This document shows positions 37,348-47,364 of a DNA stretch of 64,000 nt, one piece after another; the first letter of the stretch is position 1, and every line of letters begins with the position of its first letter. The position numbers and the translations under genes were made by a program. The notes under the pieces were generated by a model, which saw only the letters and a program-made list of their open reading frames with translations, was not told the DNA's origin and made no database searches. The stretch is from an uncultured Gammaproteobacteria bacterium (GTDB taxonomy: Bacteria; Patescibacteriota; Patescibacteriia; Magasanikbacterales; UBA922), in NCBI GenBank assembly GCA_964345045.1, contig CAYFPM010000002.1, positions 140,330 through 204,329 on the forward strand. The letters are read 5' to 3'.

Positions 37348-40300
37348 CTACCAACCAACAGATGCCAAGGCATCGTCAAGTCCAAAAAATGAAGTTAACA
37401 AATACATTATTTTGGATTGAGGTGCTTCTAATTTTGTACTTTGAATCTTTACACCATCAAAAGGAATTGGTTCGAATGAATCTCTTGGTGGAGGAGGCTG
37501 TGTTCCAAAATTTTGATCTTGTGGAGCTGGCATAGGTTGCCCATCAAACTGAGGAGGCGCAAAATTATTATTGTCTTCTATAGGAGGAGGAAAACCTTCG
37601 TCATAGTTACCGGGCGGCCCAACTTGTCCCGGTTCAAAATACCCCCCATCCGGTTCACCCGTACGCATACCACCGTCTTGCGGTGGACGTATAGGTTCGG
37701 TAGGGTATGGCATTTGTCCATCTGGACCGCCGTCTATAAACTTAAACTGTTCATCTCTATAATCTGGTTCAAAGTAAGGTTTTTCTCCTTCAAAAGGTTG
37801 AAAGTGGTCACCAGATTCACCTGGAATAAAAGGCTTATCAAACTCAGGAAAATCTTCTCTTGGAGCAAAGTCTGGCTTGTAATCAAAATCTGGTTTTTGA
37901 TCTAACTCTGGACGATACCTATGATCGATTGGTTCACCAGGACGAAAATCTTCTTTGAACTCTTCACCAAAAGGTTCTTTGTCAAAGTATCTGTCGTCTG
38001 GGCGGAAATCAGGTCTATCAAATTCCGGAATTTGTGGTTTGTCGAACTGTTCGATAACTTGTCTTTCTTGTAATAATTCTTGATCTTTTTTCTCGGCTTC
38101 TTCTTTTATTCTAAGTTTTTCTTCTTCTGTTTCCGCGCCATGTAATTTTTGTTCTAATAAAAATTGTTCTCTTCTACGTTTGGCTTCGATATCTTTGATA
38201 TTTTTTTCAATTTCTTCTGGAGTTAGTTGTGGTCTCTTTTCTCTTTCCACACGGTCAAAAGGTTGACCATCTGGCCCAAATTGCTCTTCACGGAATTCGC
38301 CTGGAAAACCTTGCCCCCTAGGACCTTCTGGTCCAAACTCCGGCATCCCTTCTGGGACAAAGAAATCCCTTCTAAATAACTCTTCCTGCATTCTTTGTTT
38401 TTCTACAATTAAGTTTTCAAAGAATCTTGACTCTTCTTCACGACATTTTTCGTCACAAAATGGATTAAACTTAATTCTTTCTTCGAAACTTCTCTTTTCC
38501 AAATTTAGTGAACGTTCGTTTAACAATCTTTGTTTTTCATCTTTTTCTTGAGCAATTCTTTCTACTTCGGCAAAGTCCCCTCTGGCTTTGGCCTCGTTCA
38601 TAAGTCTATCGCTCTCAATTCTTAGACTTTCTCTTTCTTCATCAAGAGCTTTCCATTCTCCTTCTAGAGCCGGGTCAGGACCTTGTTGCAAAGCTCTTTC
38701 GTTTATAAAACGAGTTTTGTCTTGAAAGATTTGACCAAAATTTGTTTCGCGGCGTTCAAATTCTTTGGCCAAATCCGGCGGACCTTGTTGAAATTTTCTT
38801 TGAAAATTTTCAAATTGACTAGGGTCTTCAATGTTTTTCAAATGTTCGGTAATACCTTCGGTATGTTTGTCGATTACTTTGTCAAAGATAAATTCAAATC
38901 CTGGTGGAGGGCCAAACTCTGGACCAAATCCCGGATCAAACTCTCCCGGAGGACCAAATCCTTCTGGTCCAAATTCTGGAGGAAATGGAGGGAAACCTTC
39001 TTCGCCAAATGGAGGAGGACCAAACTCTGAGCCAAATCCTTCTGGTGGGGCAAAAAATTGTTCTGGATTATCTTTGAAATCTTCTTGTAATTGTTTAAAA
39101 ATTTCAATGTCTTGTGGGTTGCTAGAAATTACTTTTTCAAAAAATTTGTCACCTTCGGTACGAGCGCGTTCTGCAAATTTACTTTTGGCTTCGCGTTCCA
39201 TTTGTTCGATAAATTTGGCTTTTTCCGGATCAGCGCGAACTTCTGCTTCTAGCTCTTGCAAAAGTCTAAAGGTGGTAGGATCTGGATTCTCAGCCATTTT
39301 TTGAGATAATTTTCTAAAACGTTCTGCTTGATCTTGGGATTCGGTGTCTACAAAAACATTTTTAAATTTCTCAATAGAGGCTTCGTGTTCTTTTTCAAAT
39401 TCTTCTTTTATTTCTTCATCATCAAACTCTACTCTTTGTCTGATTTCTTCCAAAACACGAAGTTTTACCACTTTTTCGGTTCCTTCGGCTTCTTGAAAAC
39501 GCTTAAACATTCTTTCACGCATTCTTTTGCTTACAGCTTCGTCACTAAAATTTTCATTAAATTCTTCTACCTTTTGTTTAAATTTTTGTGCAGAAATATC
39601 TTTGGCAGCCTCTATTCTTTCGGCAATTTCTGCTGGCAAATTTTCTTGATAATTTTTCATGCGATCAAATATTTCGATGTGCAAAGCATCGTCTCCACGC
39701 ATGTCTCTGGTATAATTTTCAAAACGAGTAGAAATTTCTTCTTTTGGCAACTCGTTTACTTTGTTTACAAAACGTTCAATAGCTTTGTCTTCTACTTTTT
39801 CCAAAGCTTCGCGAGCTTCCTCTGGCACATGTTCTTGGACACGTTTGATAACTTCCAAATTTCTTAATTCTTTAAAATGACTTCCTGCTTGACGATCCAA
39901 AACTCTGTCAAAATGAGTAGCTAATCTTTCTGGGTTAGTTTCGATTTGGCTTACAGCTTCACCTACACTGCTGGCAGAAACTTCTTTGGTTTGTTGAATT
40001 TTTTCTACTACTTTGGCAGCAATTTGTTCCGAAGCGGTTTCGGTTACTTTTTTTTCTATTTGTTCCAACACTTTTTGTTGTTTGATTTGCTTGTCCAAAA
40101 TTTCTTCAACCAACAAAGCTCCTTTTTCTTCTTCTATATCTTTTGAGCTTTCTTTTACTTTTTCCAAAGCGTTTTCAAAATTAGTAATAGCTCTCAAGGC
40201 TCTGTTGGCAGCAGCATCATTATTTGGTTCTTCTTCAATTACTTCTTTGGCACGCAACAAATCTTCGCTGGCAAATTTTACTTCTAGCTCCACCTTTTTG

Positions 40301-40659
40301 GCTTTGTCAAAAGTAATTACCTTTTGGATAGGACGAAAAAAACGCTTTAATCCATAAAAGCGTGTATTTGCCTCCAAATCTTGATCTGTTACAGTTTCGT
40401 CCAAGTTTACTTCTTGTGATGATAGAGACGGCTGATCACTCACTCCTTCGTTTGTGCCCTCGATTGACTGATCAATAGTCTCTACTACTGCTGTTTCTGC
40501 AGTTGGAGGCGGTGCCTCTTGGGCAGAAGCCGGTCTAGCGAACAAAAAAACAGCTACCAAAATTGTGATACCTGCCAATAGATAATAGTATACCCAAGAA
40601 AAGTGATGGGCTTCGTTTGTATTCAAAGAATTTGCAAACGCATTTTGTTTGTTTTTCAT
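37348..40659 (-). CDS. giant (about 1100 aa) secreted or anchored repetitive protein: coiled-coil E/K-rich N-terminal part and Pro/Gly/Phe-rich FGPEGF-type repeats
   Basis: Signal-anchor sequence. Repeats PEFGPEG, FGPPP and DFRPD. Extreme acidic and proline-rich composition. Confidence 0.55.
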   Translation of the reverse strand: MKNKQNAFANSLNTNEAHHFSWVYYYLLAGITILVAVFLFARPASAQEAPPPTAETAVVETIDQSIEGTNEGVSDQPSLSSQEVNLDETVTDQDLEANTRFYGLKRFFRPIQKVITFDKAKKVELEVKFASEDLLRAKEVIEEEPNNDAAANRALRAITNFENALEKVKESSKDIEEEKGALLVEEILDKQIKQQKVLEQIEKKVTETASEQIAAKVVEKIQQTKEVSASSVGEAVSQIETNPERLATHFDRVLDRQAGSHFKELRNLEVIKRVQEHVPEEAREALEKVEDKAIERFVNKVNELPKEEISTRFENYTRDMRGDDALHIEIFDRMKNYQENLPAEIAERIEAAKDISAQKFKQKVEEFNENFSDEAVSKRMRERMFKRFQEAEGTEKVVKLRVLEEIRQRVEFDDEEIKEEFEKEHEASIEKFKNVFVDTESQDQAERFRKLSQKMAENPDPTTFRLLQELEAEVRADPEKAKFIEQMEREAKSKFAERARTEGDKFFEKVISSNPQDIEIFKQLQEDFKDNPEQFFAPPEGFGSEFGPPPFGEEGFPPFPPEFGPEGFGPPGEFDPGFGPEFGPPPGFEFIFDKVIDKHTEGITEHLKNIEDPSQFENFQRKFQQGPPDLAKEFERRETNFGQIFQDKTRFINERALQQGPDPALEGEWKALDEERESLRIESDRLMNEAKARGDFAEVERIAQEKDEKQRLLNERSLNLEKRSFEERIKFNPFCDEKCREEESRFFENLIVEKQRMQEELFRRDFFVPEGMPEFGPEGPRGQGFPGEFREEQFGPDGQPFDRVEREKRPQLTPEEIEKNIKDIEAKRRREQFLLEQKLHGAETEEEKLRIKEEAEKKDQELLQERQVIEQFDKPQIPEFDRPDFRPDDRYFDKEPFGEEFKEDFRPGEPIDHRYRPELDQKPDFDYKPDFAPREDFPEFDKPFIPGESGDHFQPFEGEKPYFEPDYRDEQFKFIDGGPDGQMPYPTEPIRPPQDGGMRTGEPDGGYFEPGQVGPPGNYDEGFPPPIEDNNNFAPPQFDGQPMPAPQDQNFGTQPPPPRDSFEPIPFDGVKIQSTKLEAPQSKIMYLLTSFFGLDDALASVGW

Positions 40660-41068
40660 ATTTTTGTTTTTATTTTTGTTTTTGATTAATTATTTTTTGT
40701 TTTTACTCCTCTCTTACAACGAGATTTTGTAATTTTTTTATTTTTTGTTTTAATCTGCTGAGCTTATCTGTATTTTTCTTTTGTAATAAAGATAAATCCG
40801 AGAAAATTAATTGTTTATAGATCCATTATAGCACAAAAAAACGGTTTTGTCAACCCCTTTTTGTATAGACTATTGTATACTTTTTACTTTTTTCCATTCT
40901 TTTTTTCAAAAACAATAAATTTCTTATCTTTAGAAAAAAATTTACTTAAATCTATCAACTACACCAAAAAAACAGCTCAACGCTGTTTTGTTTTATATGA
41001 ATTTTGTCGACCGAACTCCCCACAAGTTCGGTCTAGGTCCCCTTTGGCAAAGTCAGCCGACGATCAAC

Positions 41069-41371
41069 TCAAGTTGGTTGATCGTAGCGACACGAGAAGG
41101 TGGAAACCCCAACACTCTCGAATGAGATGTCCTGCCCTTTCTCGAAAATCAAGGACTCGAACACGCAAGCTCTTGTCCAGACCTTCTTATCTTTCTCTTC
41201 TCCCGTAGTGAGCTTGCCATTTTCGACGGTGATCTGCACCCGCCTCTCGGCCGGTCCCAGGTTATGTACACCAGGCCTTACAGTTACCGAAGCAAACCTT
41301 CTTCCGGCTTGATCGAGATAAGAGGTGATGAAAACACCCTCATCTTCGTTTGTAAAATGTTCGATAGTCAT
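41069..41371 (-). CDS. small hypothetical protein (101 aa), tandem paralog 1, GC-rich
   Basis: Starts 5 nt after the stop of paralog 2. Shared motif ITVENGKLTTGE...FEKGQDISF. GC-rich codons. Confidence 0.45.
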   Translation of the reverse strand: MTIEHFTNEDEGVFITSYLDQAGRRFASVTVRPGVHNLGPAERRVQITVENGKLTTGEEKDKKVWTRACVFESLIFEKGQDISFESVGVSTFSCRYDQPT

Positions 41372-41375
41372 TCTT

Positions 41376-41681
41376 CTACCCCCCAATCTCACCGTAGCGA
41401 ATCACAAAGCTAGCGTCTACCGGAGCGGTGAATTTGATCTTGTCTCCTTCTTGAAACACGAGGGTATCGCTGAGCTGGTGATAGCTCTTCTCTCCAACAA
41501 CCAGTTGTCCATTGGTGACCGTGAACCGCATCGTACACCGAGCCAACCCCAGGTCGTAGGGAGCCTCTCTCGTATCGGCCATGCCGATTGAGAGAACTTT
41601 TTTCGATCCCGTGTTATCGTAGCGGTTCATGATCATCACCTGACCACTATCGAACCGGGTAACGTCTTTGAATCGAGCCAT
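41376..41681 (-). CDS. small hypothetical protein (101 aa), tandem paralog 2, GC-rich
   Basis: Purine-rich SD GGAAAGAGGGAAAAGG. Upstream TTGACA lies inside the palindrome aaccattgacaaaatggtt. Motif FTVTNGQLVVGE...FQEGDKIKF. Confidence 0.45.
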   Translation of the reverse strand: MARFKDVTRFDSGQVMIMNRYDNTGSKKVLSIGMADTREAPYDLGLARCTMRFTVTNGQLVVGEKSYHQLSDTLVFQEGDKIKFTAPVDASFVIRYGEIGG

Positions 41682-41851
41682 CCTTTTCCCTCTTTCCTCT
41701 CACCAAAAGGTGGTGAATACTCAAATTTATCCCATAATTTAACCATTTTGTCAATGGTTTTTTGAATTTGAAGAAAATTAACAAATTTATAAAATTCCTT
41801 ATATGGTTTATAATTCAACTGTATAATCTCCTTTTAAATTAGTTACTTACT

Positions 41852-42667
41852 ATGCTCAATTACCGTTATATACTTGTTATATTAATATTTACTTTTTCTT
41901 CCATTGCCGCTTACCCTAGCTCCGCAACCGCCTTTTCTTGCACAGGAGTATCCACCCAAGTTGGAATTGTTAAAAGAATTTTAAAAGATAATAATGATCT
42001 AAAAAAAATAGAATTGTCCAAAGTTCATTTTTTTTCACTACCCGAAGAGATATACGAAAAAAACATCCCACTAGACTTTTTTGAAAAAATTGCTCAAACT
42101 TATCCAAATAGTGAAGACCTTACAGCTTCCAAAAACAAATTCCATTATATAGATAATATCCCTGAAGAATATTTAAAACGTCTTGATATTGATATAGGTG
42201 AAATGATTATGGTTAGCCCTATGGCGGGCCATGGTTGCTTGTATAATTTTTGGGCAGTGTTTACTCCCTCTGGAAAATTAAAAATTGCTGAGATTTCTAC
42301 TACTTTTGATAAGTCTATTCAATTTAGAAACACCCTAATTGAAATGTCGGCTGGAGAAGATATATCTTGTGACGATAACCTATGTTCGGTTAAAACGAAT
42401 TTTTTGATAGACAGCAAGGAAAAGTTTTCTCTTGTCGAAGGAGAATCAAAAAAATTAAAATCTCTAAAAAATGATATTAATAAATTAAGTTTAATAACTG
42501 CCAATTTGCGTCCGGAAGATAAAAAGGATGTAAGAGGTCTTGCTTCATTTTTATATTCAGAAGGTCTAACCTTTTCCATAACTCCAGCAACTGAGTTAGA
42601 CAATCCTTTTAAAAAACCTTGGTATTCAAAAATTTGGCAATGGTTGGTGGGATTAATTAATTTTTGA
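41852..42667 (+). CDS. hypothetical secreted protein (271 aa)
   Basis: Signal peptide MLNYRYILVILIFTFSSIAAYPSSATA. AT-rich. Confidence 0.5.
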   Translation: MLNYRYILVILIFTFSSIAAYPSSATAFSCTGVSTQVGIVKRILKDNNDLKKIELSKVHFFSLPEEIYEKNIPLDFFEKIAQTYPNSEDLTASKNKFHYIDNIPEEYLKRLDIDIGEMIMVSPMAGHGCLYNFWAVFTPSGKLKIAEISTTFDKSIQFRNTLIEMSAGEDISCDDNLCSVKTNFLIDSKEKFSLVEGESKKLKSLKNDINKLSLITANLRPEDKKDVRGLASFLYSEGLTFSITPATELDNPFKKPWYSKIWQWLVGLINF

Positions 42668-42722
42668 TAAAAATCCTCCCAAAATGAAGAAGAGCAAGTA
42701 TGTACCATGACAAACTTGCTCA

Positions 42723-42935
42723 CTAGAGGGCACCTCTTGTATCTGGATTGCAAATCCTGTGGCAATGGCGACACTGCAATTGGCCACGAGGATTCCTCCC
42801 CACCTGCCCCTTGCATACAGGGCAAACCATCCATCTATTCTCTCTTCTCAATTTCTCTATTACCCGAAAAAGGCACCCCAATCTGTGCCCCTGTTTTTTC
42901 CCGCATAGTTTACACGAAACCTCCAAAGGCACCAC
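42723..42935 (-). CDS. small Zn-ribbon protein (70 aa, four CxxC pairs)
   Basis: GTG start after AGGAG. Motifs CKLCG, CPVCKG and CRHCHRIC. Local GC content is elevated. Antisense ORFs overlap, so strand assignment is tentative. Confidence 0.35.
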   Translation of the reverse strand: MVPLEVSCKLCGKKQGHRLGCLFRVIEKLRRENRWMVCPVCKGQVGRNPRGQLQCRHCHRICNPDTRGAL

Positions 42936-43017
42936 AGACTCCTAACTCCTATATTTAAAAAAATCTCCTTATTATAAGAAAACATTTATAGGGAGGTAGG
43001 TCAAGGAAAAATTAAAA

Positions 43018-43053
43018 AACATATACTTGAAAGTATATGTTTTATTTTTATCT
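43018..43053. terminator. bidirectional intrinsic terminator
   Basis: Hairpin acatatac-ttgaaa-gtatatgt flanked by A and T runs. Confidence 0.6.
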
Positions 43054-43070
43054 TTAAATAATTTTAAATT

Positions 43071-46047
43071 TTATTCCTCCCCCCTCACCTCATAGCTTAG
43101 CTCCAGCCCCTTACTAGTCATAAGGAAACCCTTCACGACAATCCTCTGCGCATGAATATCATTGTGACATTCTTTGCAAATAGGCAGTAAATTAAATTTG
43201 TGATTTTTGTGAATGTGACCAATGTTGCCATCTTCGTCTGCCATCTCCTGCGGCGAAATATGGTGAGTGTCGTCCACATTTTTTTGGCAGATAGCACAAG
43301 TCGACAAGTATAGCTCTTTGCTATACTTGCTTTTATTTTTCTGAGTCAATAATTCTAGATCGGTGTAGTCGGCAGCTAGAGATTTCCGTACATCTTTGGC
43401 ATAGCGTAAGAATTGCTCGTCCATGTGTAGCGACTGGGCGAACTCTAGGCCATAGATAGTACTACCATTCCCAGGCTGGAGGGTGCGATCAAAGATTAAC
43501 TTGTCTTCGTCTTTGTCATAATGCACACTCATGTGAACACTAGCCACTTCGTGCAATTCTTGAAGTTCGCGAATACTACAAATCTGATGCAAGTGCGTGG
43601 TAAAAAGAAACATAGCTTTTTGCTCTACCAATCTTTTTATGGTGGCAGTAACAATAGCAATGGCAGACAAAGTTTCGGTGCCATGGCTAATCTCGTCGCC
43701 AAGAACAAGACTTTTTGGAGTAGAACGATTAAAAATATTTTTTAGCTCCATCATTTCTACAGCAAAAGAAGATAATCCTTTGGCAAAATTATCTCGCGAA
43801 ACTATGCGGGTAAAGAGTTCGTGGCAAAGACTAAAACGCATGGCTGTTGCAGGAACATACATACCTGCCTGAGCCAGGATTACTGCAATGCCCAAACTTT
43901 TCATTAGAGAAGATTTTCCACTAGAGTTAATTCCATAAAGCAGCATCCCTCGCACATCACCTACAGTTTCTGTAGCGATTACTGATTCTTTATTCTGTTT
44001 GGAAAACAAATTCTCCGAACCCAGTACAATATCGTTTGGAATATAAATACCACCTTCTTCGCGAGCTTCTACTAGCGGATGACGTAGGTCTTTTATAGAA
44101 ATATATTGTTCTTCTTCTGTTGTTTCTACTATTTCTGGGCGAACCAGCCGATAAGCAGTAGCATTTTTGCCGGTCGATACAGCCACGTCTATTCTAGCCA
44201 ATACTTTGCTACATTCGGATACAAAGTCCGAAAAATTCTTGTCCATGTGTTCCAGAGCTTCGGCAAAGAGAGACTTTACCAACTGCACAATTCGGGCTTC
44301 AACATCTGTTAGCTCTTTCGAAAATTCTTGTATTACTTCGGCCGAAATTTTGACATTGTTAGTTTGCTGTTTGTATTGAAATTCGGACAAAGCATAGACA
44401 GTGCCATCGATAGGCAAAAAAGTTTCTTTCAAAGATTGCTCGATCAAACTAAAACGAGCTTTGGTCATAATCAAATGATGTCGTTCTTTGTCTAGCTTGC
44501 GGAGAGTTACATATTCTGGTTCGTGTTTGCCTGTAGCGTTTTCTAATAACTCTACAAATTTCATGCGAATAAGCGAAAGTTTTTCTTCCAAAATATTTTT
44601 TTCTTTCATTAATTCTGTCAATTCTTTTTGATATTCCGGAGCAAATATATTGGTGCTAATAGTTTGGGTAGTAACTTTGGCAGTTTCATCCAAATCAAAA
44701 GTTTCTTCGATATATCTCTTGGTGTCGGCCAAACTATTTTGTTGCGAAATAAATTCTGGCAAAAGTTCGGCGGCACTTTCTTTTACAAGTTCTAAGATAG
44801 TTTGTGCTCCTAGCATTGAATCGTACAAAAAATTAATCTCAAACGGATGCAAACGGCCAAGCCGGATACGACGAACAATTCTTTCTAGATCATAAATTTT
44901 TCGCAAAGCTTGTTCAATATTACTTTGCTTGGGCAAGAGAGCCTCTACCAGATCATAACGAGTTTCTATTTCTTTTTTATCGGTAATTGGATTGGTAAGA
45001 CGGTCTCTAAAAAGACGTTTACCAATAGCCGTAGAAGTATGATCTAGATAAGATAGCAAAGTCCGCTCACGTGGATCCGGGCTAACAATGCTAAGCTGCT
45101 CGAGTGGATTATTACCCAAATACAAATATTTTTCCGGTTCAATAATTGTAGGCTTTTTGAGATTTTCAATCACGCGCGCGTCATGCTCTACGATAAATTC
45201 GATAAGGTGTGCCAAAGCTTCGGAAGTAAGGGGTTGGCGTTCTAGATCGAGAAATTCTATGGGTGAAAGAAATGATTTTACTACATAAGCTCGTTTAAAA
45301 AGTTCATTTTGATAATTTACAGACAACCTTTTTTCTCTTTCGTGAATATTTTGAAAATCTGCCAGTTCCAAATATTTCAAAATTTCTTCTTTGTTTATTT
45401 CTTTGCTACCGGGAGTAAGGATTAACTCGGCCAAATTGTGCGAGCGGACTAGTCCAAAAAGCTGATCAAGAGCAGCAGATTTATCTTCTTTTGTACTATG
45501 CCCCTCAAAAAGATAAGTCTTGCCAGTAGTCACGTCTAGTGCAGCATAACCCACCGAGTAAAGTCCTTGGTGTTCTTCTACCATTATAGAAGCAATAAAA
45601 TTGTCGGCATGGTCTAGGCAATACTCCATGTTTACACCCGGAGAAATAATTTGGTCTAGATAGCGAGTAATATTTGGAGGAGTTCCTTTTTGACGAATCA
45701 CTACAATAGTATATTTTTTTTCAGAAATAAGTCTGGCAATGTAACGATCAAAAGTAGCCGTAGGAAAACCGGCCATGAGTGGATTGGTAATCGAATTTTC
45801 TTTGATACTTTTGTTACGGCGAGTTAACTGCAAATTTAGCAGATCGGCAATTTCTTTTACTTTACCAAGGGTCACCTCTTCGTTATCTACTCCATAAACT
45901 TCAAAAAAAGAGCCTAACTCTATTAGTACAATTGTGTTTTCTCCATAGCGTTCGGAGTAAATCTTGTGTAAATCAAAGTATCCCTCAAGGATATTTTTAT
46001 CCGGGTTACCTAGGTAGTAATTGATATCGATAGGTTCTCTTTGCATA
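43071..46047 (-). CDS. mutS: MutS-family DNA mismatch recognition ATPase with a C-terminal HNH endonuclease domain (MutS7-like architecture)
   Basis: MutS domains (Walker A GINSSGKSSLMKSLG, DE..HGT). The C-terminus CAICQKNVDDTHHISPQEMADEDGNIGHIHKNHKFNLLPICKECHNDIH carries an HNH motif. Start chosen at MQREPIDINYY. Confidence 0.7.
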
Positions 46048-46156
46048 TTTTTGTGCCATATATGGTAGCATATTGAGAGCTTTGAACATATAGCTGGCGA
46101 CATTAACTTAATCTCTGCTACAATAAGCATCTAAATAAATTAATCTAAAAATTAAT

Positions 46157-46813
46157 ATGCCCTCCAAAAAAAGTATTTGCCCGTTTTTGGTAATAATAAT
46201 CGCTGTGGCTGCCGCTGTCTTCTTTTTGGCTCAACCAGAACCTATAGCAGAAACTCCTCAACCACAAACCGCAGAACCTAGCCAAAAATCTCCTTATGTA
46301 GGAGAAGAAACCAGAACTATAAAAACTTTGTCAAAACAAGATACAGAAGGTCTTTTGGCCGGAGTTGGGACGCCTTTTGGTGGTATGGCCAAGGCTGCCG
46401 AGCTAAATGGTTATCCAGGGCCTAGGCACGTTCTAGACGCTCACCTAGCCGGAAATTTGGAGCTAACCACCCAGCAAAAAGATCAAATCGAAAAATTATA
46501 CGAAGAAATGAAAACCCAAGCTATTAATCTAGGCAAACAAATAATCGACATAGAGACTCAATTGGACAAATTCTTTAAGGAAAAAACTATTAATCAAGAT
46601 CTTTTGGAAAGAGCTGTAGCCGAGAGTACCGATGCCTATAGCAAATTGAGAGTAGTACACCTTAGTTATCATTTAAAAATGGTTGAAATCTTAACCGCCG
46701 AACAAATAGCTAGCTATAATGAAGCCCGTGGTTATAATCAAGAAGATCCTTGTGACAATATTCCAGAAGGACATGACGCAGATATGTGGAGACTACATAA
46801 TAATTGTGAGTAG
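46157..46813 (+). CDS. periplasmic LTXXQ-motif (CpxP/Spy-like) protein
   Basis: Signal anchor. Two LTxxQ-like motifs ([26 protein letters not shown]). Confidence 0.45.
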   Translation: MPSKKSICPFLVIIIAVAAAVFFLAQPEPIAETPQPQTAEPSQKSPYVGEETRTIKTLSKQDTEGLLAGVGTPFGGMAKAAELNGYPGPRHVLDAHLAGNLELTTQQKDQIEKLYEEMKTQAINLGKQIIDIETQLDKFFKEKTINQDLLERAVAESTDAYSKLRVVHLSYHLKMVEILTAEQIASYNEARGYNQEDPCDNIPEGHDADMWRLHNNCE

Positions 46814-46839
46814 AAAAAAATAATCAATATTATAAAAAT

Positions 46840-47178
46840 ATGCAAACTATAGAATGGAATGATTTTGAAAAAGTAGAACTAAGAGTTGGTACGATTACCC
46901 AAGTAGAAGATTTTCCCGAAGCAAAAATACCAGCTTACAAAATAGTGGCGGATTTTGGCGAAGGCATTGGTGAGAAAAAAACCAGTGCTAGAATTACCGA
47001 CTTGTATAGCAAAGAAGATTTGCATGGCAAAAAGATAATTGGCGTAGTAAACTTTCCACCAAAACAAATAGGGCCTTTTGTATCGGAATTTTTGTGTACA
47101 GGTTTTTATCGTACAGATGGTTCGGTAGTTCTTGCTGTGCCAGATCAAGATGTAGATAATGGCGCTAAACTTGCTTAA
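46840..47178 (+). CDS. csaA: tRNA-binding domain protein (CsaA/Trbp111-like)
   Basis: [32 protein letters not shown] is typical of the tRNA_bind OB-fold. Confidence 0.7.
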   Translation: MQTIEWNDFEKVELRVGTITQVEDFPEAKIPAYKIVADFGEGIGEKKTSARITDLYSKEDLHGKKIIGVVNFPPKQIGPFVSEFLCTGFYRTDGSVVLAVPDQDVDNGAKLA

Positions 47179-47364
47179 GGTGTGAATCACTCCGAGTATT
47201 CGTCATCTCGAGCGAAGTCGAGAGATCTGTCACTGTGCTATTTTTCTTGATTTGATAGTATTTACTAAAGCGGAGTACATCACCATGTCAGATCCCTCTC
47301 CATCTTTCTTCGCTCAAGCTTCGGAAGACTGCGATCGGGATGACAAAATTAATTTTCAAATCTA

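Noticed and set aside
40861-41312. Plus-strand ORFs overlapping the tandem paralog islet
   Set aside because: They have no RBS or paralogy. The minus-strand pair has a strong SD and mutual similarity.
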